The translations under genes were made by a program, and so were the position numbers. From positions 2,592,001-2,656,000 of the forward strand of contig OZ252100.1 in NCBI GenBank assembly GCA_965248435.1: 64,000 bases of DNA, given 5' to 3'. Each line of letters opens with the position of its first letter. The first letter of the stretch is position 1. Of the stretch, positions 57,510 through 64,000 are shown piece by piece. The notes beneath the pieces are model-generated. The model was not told where the DNA came from, made no database searches, and was given only the letters and a program-made list of their open reading frames with translations. Source of the DNA: Candidatus Latescibacterota bacterium. Its GTDB lineage: Bacteria > Latescibacterota > UBA2968 > GCA-2709665.

Positions 57510-57929
57510 CTACCTCTGCAGAAATTCGATCAGGACGCCGTCCGGACCCTGCGCAACGGCCAGACCCGGCGAGTCTGGCGGAGGTGCAGGCTCGGAAAGG
57601 AACGTGACCCCTTTTTCCTTGAGCTCGCCGACCGTCTCCCTTATATCTTTCAGGTAGAAACTCAGCCAGCGAACACCCGACCTGAGATCTTCTTGAGGCG
57701 GAGGCGGCGGGGATTCGATCTCCATCAGCTTGATCACCGTCTCGCCCGCCCGAACCCTCACTTGATGAAATCCCCGGGGGGCGAGTCCGAACTTCGTCGC
57801 CACCTCGTCTGAGATGTTCGTCTCGTGGACGATCTCCAGGCCCAGGCATTCGTGATAGAAATGAAGCGACGCTTCGAAATCGCTGCACATAATCGCTACA
57901 TCGACGACGGGCTGAGCGAACTCCATCAT
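57510..57929 (-). CDS. VOC/glyoxalase family protein
   Basis: VAI.CSD.EASLHFY..LGL, KLME, GPDG.LIEF; AAGGAG RBS. Confidence 0.85.
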   Translation of the reverse strand: MMEFAQPVVDVAIMCSDFEASLHFYHECLGLEIVHETNISDEVATKFGLAPRGFHQVRVRAGETVIKLMEIESPPPPPQEDLRSGVRWLSFYLKDIRETVGELKEKGVTFLSEPAPPPDSPGLAVAQGPDGVLIEFLQR

Positions 57930-58009
57930 CCTGCTCCTTTCGTTACAGATGACGACGATTGCGTCATCGGAATCACCGACTAATTCAAAGCCCTGCAAGG
58001 AGTCGACCT

Positions 58010-58291
58010 ATGGGAAACGTGCCGACTATCCAGAAAATCAAGCTCACGAGATACCAATTCCCCTTCATGGATGTTGGTAGGGACCCCAGCTTCATGTCGC
58101 CTTTCTACGAACCTGGAAATCAAGGCTTCCGATCGGTTCTCGGTATACGCATATACACAGACATCGGGGTTACGGGCGAGTATATGAGCATCGCCTCCGG
58201 GACTTTCGAGCAGATTCAAATGTTCGGTTCCTATCTCATCGGCAAGCGAATGAGCGCTTGTTGCTTTCCGATTTCCCACGACGTGAATTAG
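58010..58291 (+). pseudogene. Truncated N-terminal fragment of a mandelate racemase/enolase-superfamily gene
   Basis: AAGGAG RBS; IRIYTD.GVTGEY...YLIGK then premature end. Confidence 0.55.
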
Positions 58292-58346
58292 GCCGAATCC
58301 CAGAGAGAAGAAAAACGGATAATAACCTGATTGGGGCTTAAAGACA

Positions 58347-59465
58347 ATGAAAGGGCGCGTCGTCTTCTTGAAAAAGTATTTTGGCCCGTTCGAGATTCGG
58401 GAGTATGACGTGCCGGACCCGGAGCCCGGGGCAATTCTCATTCGAATCCTGTCAGGCGGGGTCTGCGGTTCCGACCTGCACGTCTGGCGGGGCGAGCAGG
58501 AACCGCGACTCAGTCTCGACGCTGAGGGTCGCTGTATGGGCCACGAGATGGTCGGACGGGTCGAGAAGCTGGGCGAGGGCATTTCGACCGATTCCCTCGG
58601 CGCCCCCCTGGAAGAGGGAGACCGCGTCACCTATTGCTACTTTTTTCCCTGCAACCGCTGCCCGACCTGCCTCGAAGGGCTGCGACCCGCATGCCCGAAC
58701 CGGTTTCATGCGTCCCGTTCCCCGGAGGTGTGGCCCCATTTTAAGGGTGCCTATGCCGATTACTACTATCTGAAGCCCAACCACTTCGTCTTCAAGGTCC
58801 CCGACACGCTCAGCGACCAGATCCTGACCCCGCTAAACTGTGCCCTCTCCCAGGTCATCTACGGGCTTCAAAGGGTCGGGCTGCGCGTCGGAGACAGCGT
58901 GGTCATCCAGGGGGCCGGCGGACTCGGTCTGAATGCCACCTCCGTCGCCAGAGAGATGGGTGCGGACCGGATAATCGTCGTCGATCAACATCCCGGCCGC
59001 CTCCAGCTGGCCGTGGAATTCGGTGCGACGCACACGATCAGCCTCCAGGACCACAAAACCGTGAAAGAACGTGTCGACCTCGTCAAAGACCTCACGCGAT
59101 CCCGCGGGGCCGACATCGTCTGCGACTTCGTTGGCTATCCCCAGGTGATCCCAGAGGGTCTGGAGATGCTGAAGAGCGGCGGAATCTACCTGGAAATCGG
59201 AAACATCTCACCCGGCGATTTGAACCTCGACGCTTCAACCTTCGCCATGGGGTTCAAGCAGATCCAGGGCATCGTCCACTATGACCCGTCGGTCATCCCC
59301 AAGGCGATCTCCTTCCTGGAAAAAAACGTCGACAAATATCCGCTGGACAAGATCATCTCCCACACTTACAAGCTCGAGGACGTCGATGAAGCCTTCGAGC
59401 AGGCGGAATGGCAAAGGCGCGAGGGCGACCCGACGAAGGTGACCCGGGCCTGCATCGTTCCTTGA
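58347..59465 (+). CDS. Zinc-binding dehydrogenase (MDR family)
   Basis: GVCGSDLH, GHE.VG, CNRC.TC...C, GAGGLG. Confidence 0.92.
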   Translation: MKGRVVFLKKYFGPFEIREYDVPDPEPGAILIRILSGGVCGSDLHVWRGEQEPRLSLDAEGRCMGHEMVGRVEKLGEGISTDSLGAPLEEGDRVTYCYFFPCNRCPTCLEGLRPACPNRFHASRSPEVWPHFKGAYADYYYLKPNHFVFKVPDTLSDQILTPLNCALSQVIYGLQRVGLRVGDSVVIQGAGGLGLNATSVAREMGADRIIVVDQHPGRLQLAVEFGATHTISLQDHKTVKERVDLVKDLTRSRGADIVCDFVGYPQVIPEGLEMLKSGGIYLEIGNISPGDLNLDASTFAMGFKQIQGIVHYDPSVIPKAISFLEKNVDKYPLDKIISHTYKLEDVDEAFEQAEWQRREGDPTKVTRACIVP

Positions 59466-59483
59466 TTGCGTGTTGCGGAACGC

Positions 59484-60278
59484 TTACGCGGACCCTCCTG
59501 ATCGGCCCAGCTCACGGATATCCACCCTCGTAACGCTGATGTGACCGCGTTCAACCACCTCCGCATCCGTGTCTCCCTGCCCGCACTCCAGAAAAAAATC
59601 GACCTCGTGGGTGAAGCGATTGCCTTCTCCCTTGAAGCAGGAACCGTAGAGTTTTGGAGCGAGTGATGTGAGAATGACCCTGCAATCGGCTGCGGGTTGA
59701 TCGGGCAAGTTCACGTTCCACATCACGGGTCGATTCCAGAACCCCTCCACATCGTATAGATATCCGAATACCTGCTCCAGATGGCTGTGGATCTGATCTC
59801 GCAATCTCGCCAGCTCCCCTTCCGGAATCCTCCGATGCTTCGCCCAATCCCTGAACAAGGTCTTACTCAGCTTCTGCGACAGTGCGACAGCGGGTAGGCC
59901 AGCAATGTTCGCTTCGAGACACGCCCCAACGGTTCCTGATGCTAGAAACGCCCCGAGTCCCGCGTTCAGTCCCAGGTTGATCCCCGATACGACCAGGTCG
60001 GGCTTGTCATCGAACAGATGATAGATACCCAGGTTGGCGCAGTCAGAAGGGGTTCCATCCAGGCTATACGCATTGCCGTCGTCGAGCGAAATCGGATCAA
60101 GATGAAGGGTCCCGTAGCGCGTGATCGATTTCGAGGACCAGCTCCGTTCCTCCTTCGGGACCACGATCGTCAGGTCACCTCTCTCTTTCAGGACCTCGAC
60201 CACAAATGGCAGCAGTGGCGAATCGCCGCTATCGTCGTTCGTCAGAAGGAATTTCCGTTTGGGCTTGTTAGACGACAT
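59484..60278 (-). CDS. surE: 5'/3'-nucleotidase SurE family protein
   Basis: LLTNDD, GTPSDC, DLVVSGIN.G.N.G, SGTVGA..EA, NVNLP. Confidence 0.88.
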   Translation of the reverse strand: MSSNKPKRKFLLTNDDSGDSPLLPFVVEVLKERGDLTIVVPKEERSWSSKSITRYGTLHLDPISLDDGNAYSLDGTPSDCANLGIYHLFDDKPDLVVSGINLGLNAGLGAFLASGTVGACLEANIAGLPAVALSQKLSKTLFRDWAKHRRIPEGELARLRDQIHSHLEQVFGYLYDVEGFWNRPVMWNVNLPDQPAADCRVILTSLAPKLYGSCFKGEGNRFTHEVDFFLECGQGDTDAEVVERGHISVTRVDIRELGRSGGSA

Positions 60279-60322
60279 TGGATCTCCTATAAGAGGCCGG
60301 ATGGGGGCACCGACAGGGCGTC

Positions 60323-61141
60323 TCAGGGCTGCGCATCATTCAAAGCACGATAGCAGAATTTCGCGGCCTCCCACGGGTCGTAGCCCGGTGCGTTCGAGAC
60401 CATCCCGCTCACCTCGGCGGTAACGGGAACGCGCACACCCGCGTCATGAAGGAGCTGGAGATAGGCCTTCAGATTCAGTTCGCCATTGCCCGGTAGGAGG
60501 AACTTCACTTTTTCGTCTTCCATGACTCCATCTTTGATGTGGATGTGTGCGGAATAGGGCAGGCACAGCTTTGCACTCTGTTCCAGATCCATCCCCTGAA
60601 CCCAGAAGTGGCTGTAGTCAAAATTCAGCTTGAGGTGAGCGTGATTTGTATATTCCATGAGCCACGCGGCCTTTTCCGGGCTATCTAACGGATTTCCTAC
60701 GTGTGGCTCAATCGTCAGAATCGTATCCATCCCGGCCGCCAGATCAGCGAGCTCCATCAGACAGTCCGCAATCTGCTCCTTATCGGTGGCCCAGTCCGGG
60801 CCCTTTCCGCCCAACGTGGTCGTGACGACAACAGGCTCATCTCCGAAATTCAGATCCCGGGCAAGGGTGCAGTACTTCGAAAACCGCTCCAGCATCGCAG
60901 GCCGTTTTTCCCCGGAGGCGCAGGTGTCAACCGGGCCGAAAAGGACAGGGGGCGGAAAGCCCTGGTCCGCGACCAGAGCTGCGAGCCTTTCGCGAGTATC
61001 GGCACTCAGTTTGTCGGGGGCCGTAGGCCATTCATCTGCAACCATGATTTCGACGGCATCGTAGCCGATCTCCCGAATTCGGGGCAGGGCCTCGAAAACA
61101 TCCGCAGATTTCATCGCGTATGTGCTGTATCCGAGTTCCAC
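60323..61141 (-). CDS. Sugar phosphate isomerase/epimerase (xylose-isomerase-like TIM barrel)
   Basis: GYDAVE, IEPH, NFDYSH, HIHIKD, PG.G, AEVS. Confidence 0.88.
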   Translation of the reverse strand: MELGYSTYAMKSADVFEALPRIREIGYDAVEIMVADEWPTAPDKLSADTRERLAALVADQGFPPPVLFGPVDTCASGEKRPAMLERFSKYCTLARDLNFGDEPVVVTTTLGGKGPDWATDKEQIADCLMELADLAAGMDTILTIEPHVGNPLDSPEKAAWLMEYTNHAHLKLNFDYSHFWVQGMDLEQSAKLCLPYSAHIHIKDGVMEDEKVKFLLPGNGELNLKAYLQLLHDAGVRVPVTAEVSGMVSNAPGYDPWEAAKFCYRALNDAQP

Positions 61142-61239
61142 GCAATCCCTTCCTGAGAATTAGCCACTGACAGGAATCAAGCGTATTTCGGGTCTACAAG
61201 GAGACAAAACGAGAAGCCCTTGTCAAGGATCGCAGTCGA

Positions 61240-62031
61240 ATGCCTTCAACTTTCCACGTCACAGTAGGAGACGACGTATGTCTCGTTTGCGCGCTTACAG
61301 GCAGGGGCAAGCCGGTGGTGCTGCTGCACGGGTGGTTGTGCAACCGGTCGTTCTGGCGGGAACAGATCCCCCTCCTGGAACCCGACCATCGGGTCCTGGC
61401 ACTGGATTTCAGGGGGCACGGTGATTCAAGCGTGCCGGAGCACGGCTATACGCTCAGACGCCTTGCCGACGATCTCCACGCCGTGATCCAGCATCTGGAC
61501 TTCGGACCCGCGGTGGTCATCGGTCACTCGATGGGCGGCATGGTCGCCCAGCAACTCGCCGTCACCCACCCCGGGGATGTAGCCGGTCTCGTTCTCGTGG
61601 CGACAACAGCGGCAGACCCTGAACACGCCCTGATCTCCAACCGGATCGCTGAGGAAAGCGCCGACCAGGGCTATCAAGCCACCTTTGAATGTTATTTTCC
61701 GGGATGGTTCCCTTCCGGGTCTGATCCCGACCTGGTCGACTGGATCAAATCACAGATGCTGAAAGTCCCGGAAGAAGTGGCTCTGCGACTCGTGTTGAAC
61801 TACCGCGACCTGGATTTTCGGAATGATCTGCCCACGCTCAGCCAGCCCGTCCTCGTCATCGGAGCTACACAGGATGCCTCCACTCCGCTGCTCAGATCCG
61901 AAGAGATCACGCACCTTGTCCCAGGGTCCCGTCTGGTGGTAATAGAGGGATCGGGTCATTTCGTTCAACTGGAGCAATCCGTCGCCGTCAATCGGGCAAT
62001 TCAGGCGTTTCTTTCGGAGCACAATCTATGA
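61240..62031 (+). CDS. Alpha/beta hydrolase
   Basis: LLHG, DFRGHG.S, GHSMGG, D, GH. Confidence 0.9.
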   Translation: MPSTFHVTVGDDVCLVCALTGRGKPVVLLHGWLCNRSFWREQIPLLEPDHRVLALDFRGHGDSSVPEHGYTLRRLADDLHAVIQHLDFGPAVVIGHSMGGMVAQQLAVTHPGDVAGLVLVATTAADPEHALISNRIAEESADQGYQATFECYFPGWFPSGSDPDLVDWIKSQMLKVPEEVALRLVLNYRDLDFRNDLPTLSQPVLVIGATQDASTPLLRSEEITHLVPGSRLVVIEGSGHFVQLEQSVAVNRAIQAFLSEHNL

Positions 62032-62053
62032 ACCGTTCTCGCAACAGGAGATC

Positions 62054-63295
62054 ATGATGGACAAAATCAGACTGGGCTTGGTCGGCTGCGGTGGGATGGG
62101 AAACCGTCATATGCTCGGCTTGAGGCATCTGGTTCAGAGCCCGTTCAACAACGTCGAGCTCTGTGCCCTCTGCGACATCAAGCGTGAGAATGCCGAAATG
62201 GCCGCTTCCGAGGTCAAGAAGCTTCTCGACCTGGAAGTAGACATCTTCACCGACCTCGAGGCCATGGTCCACAGTGTCTCTGACCTTCACGCGGTGGACA
62301 TCGTCACCGATCCCTCGACGCACCACGACGTCGTCTGCAACGCGCTCGACCTTGGCCTAAACGTGATGGTCGAAAAGCCGATGGCGATTACGGTGAGGGG
62401 CTGCAGAAAGATGATGGACGCCGCCGAACGGACCGGACGAATCCTCTCGATCGCTGAGAACTATCAGCGTGACCCCTCCGCCAGACTCGTCAATCACCTC
62501 CTTCGGAACGGCGCTATCGGGAAACCATATGCTGCCATGTTTCACCACGCCAGGCCTGGGAACACGATTCTGATCACACCCTGGAGGCATCGCAAGGTCA
62601 ACGGCGGACCGCTGTTGGATGTAGGTGTCCACTACGCCCACATGGTGCGCTATCAACTCGGTGAGATCGAAGAAGTCTACGGCGACGCAAGACTGCTCGA
62701 GCCTATTAGAAAAAAGCCCGAATCGCTCCATTCGCCACATGCCTTCTACCAAAAGCGGTTCGAATCCATGGCGTCAGAAGTGCCCGCGGATGCGGAAGAC
62801 ATGTCCCTGGCCATCTTCAGGATGCGGAGTGGGGTCGCCGTGAATTGGATCATGGGCATTGGCGGGAAGACCTCCATAACCCTTCAACGCATCTGCGGCG
62901 ACAAGGGAACCATAGAGGGGTTTGGAGGCAGGGGAGACCGCGTCTCCATGAACCTGGCGGGCGAAGAGATGAGCCAGGAGGAACTGCTGGAATCCGCCGA
63001 CGGATTCGCCCTGAGTCCGCTCGAGGAACACCTCTTCCCGACTGGAATCACCGCAGACGATTCAGACGTCGACGGGAAGATCATCGCCATCGAGTATCAC
63101 GAACTGGCCGAGGCCGTCTTGAACGGAAGGGAGGTCGAGGTGGGCGGCGAGGATGCGTTAAAGGATGTCGCGGCCCTCTACGCGATTCTGGAATCCTCCC
63201 TGGCCGGAAGGGCGGTCAAAATGGAGGAAGTCGAAAGCTGCGAGGTCTACGGCTATCAAGCGGAAATCGACGACGTGCTTGGGATCACGTCATAG
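62054..63295 (+). CDS. Gfo/Idh/MocA family oxidoreductase
   Basis: GLVGCGGMG, VEKPMA, GG.LLDVGVH. Confidence 0.9.
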   Translation: MMDKIRLGLVGCGGMGNRHMLGLRHLVQSPFNNVELCALCDIKRENAEMAASEVKKLLDLEVDIFTDLEAMVHSVSDLHAVDIVTDPSTHHDVVCNALDLGLNVMVEKPMAITVRGCRKMMDAAERTGRILSIAENYQRDPSARLVNHLLRNGAIGKPYAAMFHHARPGNTILITPWRHRKVNGGPLLDVGVHYAHMVRYQLGEIEEVYGDARLLEPIRKKPESLHSPHAFYQKRFESMASEVPADAEDMSLAIFRMRSGVAVNWIMGIGGKTSITLQRICGDKGTIEGFGGRGDRVSMNLAGEEMSQEELLESADGFALSPLEEHLFPTGITADDSDVDGKIIAIEYHELAEAVLNGREVEVGGEDALKDVAALYAILESSLAGRAVKMEEVESCEVYGYQAEIDDVLGITS

Positions 63296-63305
63296 ATCAT
63301 CCTGA

Positions 63306-63998
63306 ATGATGAGCTCGAATCCGGTAGAAACGAAGTTCGTCGCGACTCAGGAAAAGGGGGAAGTCTCCGCGTTACTCCTCAAGCCGGAAGACGCGATCGC
63401 ACTGCTCGTGCTCGGGCACGGCGCGGGCACCACGATGCGCAGCCCTCTCCTCGAGAATCTCAGCCAGGCACTATCGGACTCAAGGATCGCAACGTTCCGC
63501 TACCAATTTCCCTACACAGAAGAGGGGCGCCGGCGGATCAACTCGAGGCCCGTGCTCCTGGAAACAATACGCTCCGCCATATCGACCGCGAGCAATGCCG
63601 CTCCAGACCTGCCGCTCTTCGCCGGCGGACACTCCATGAGCGGGCGAATGACCTCGCTCGCAGCTTCAGGAAGCCCCCTGCCGGCCGTCAGAGGCATCGT
63701 CTTCTTCGGCTTCCCGCTCCATCCCTCCGGAAAACCGGCAACAGACCGCGCCGAACACCTGTCCCGTGTGACGATCCCGATGCTGTTCCTTGCGGGGACG
63801 CGTGACCGCCTCTCTGAGCCGGAACTGCTCCAGCCCGTCTGCAAGGAGCTTGGAGAGAAGGCGACGCTTCACATGCTGGACACGGCCGACCATTCGTTCA
63901 AGGTCCTCAAACGGTCGGGAAGGTCAGAAGCAGAGGTGTTGGAGGAACTGGCGGGGGTTGTTGCGGACTGGGTCGGGAGGGCGTGTGCGGATAAGTGA
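63306..63998 (+). CDS. Alpha/beta hydrolase (KANL3/Tex30-like family)
   Basis: LGHGAG, GGHSMSGR, FPLHP.GKP, R.EHL, GTRD, ADHSF. Confidence 0.85.
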   Translation: MMSSNPVETKFVATQEKGEVSALLLKPEDAIALLVLGHGAGTTMRSPLLENLSQALSDSRIATFRYQFPYTEEGRRRINSRPVLLETIRSAISTASNAAPDLPLFAGGHSMSGRMTSLAASGSPLPAVRGIVFFGFPLHPSGKPATDRAEHLSRVTIPMLFLAGTRDRLSEPELLQPVCKELGEKATLHMLDTADHSFKVLKRSGRSEAEVLEELAGVVADWVGRACADK

Positions 63999-64000
63999 TT

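Overview
GC-rich bacterial chromosomal window, largely housekeeping and metabolic. Dockerin-like modules and the gene mix suggest a Latescibacterota-like FCB lineage (inference only). From left to right it holds: a partial Ser/Thr kinase with its ECF sigma factor; an IDH/IPMDH-family dehydrogenase; tRNA-Pro with att-like flanking motifs; four tandem M19 dipeptidase paralogs; rhlE and assorted enzymes; a tRNA-Ser/tRNA-Ser/gltX/tRNA-Gln/glnS cluster; an acpS-nnr-carB(split)-TPR-pyrK-pyrD-rlpA run; a small operon with a degenerate GGDEF protein and two FliF-C-terminus-like proteins; a phage-shock (Psp) locus; and three decayed genes. The best candidate for an undescribed system is the Psp locus (51054-56515). 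There pspA has a clear sigma54 promoter with PspF-type UAS boxes and is followed by two membrane proteins, an ECF sigma factor, a soluble TPR-histidine kinase and a PspF-like activator that, unlike canonical PspF, carries an intact receiver domain. Intergenic DNA contains several REP/REPIN-like repeat families, including a ~24-bp module nested inside other repeats. No CRISPR array, rRNA, transposase or integrase was seen. Family calls are by motif recognition only; no database searches were run.
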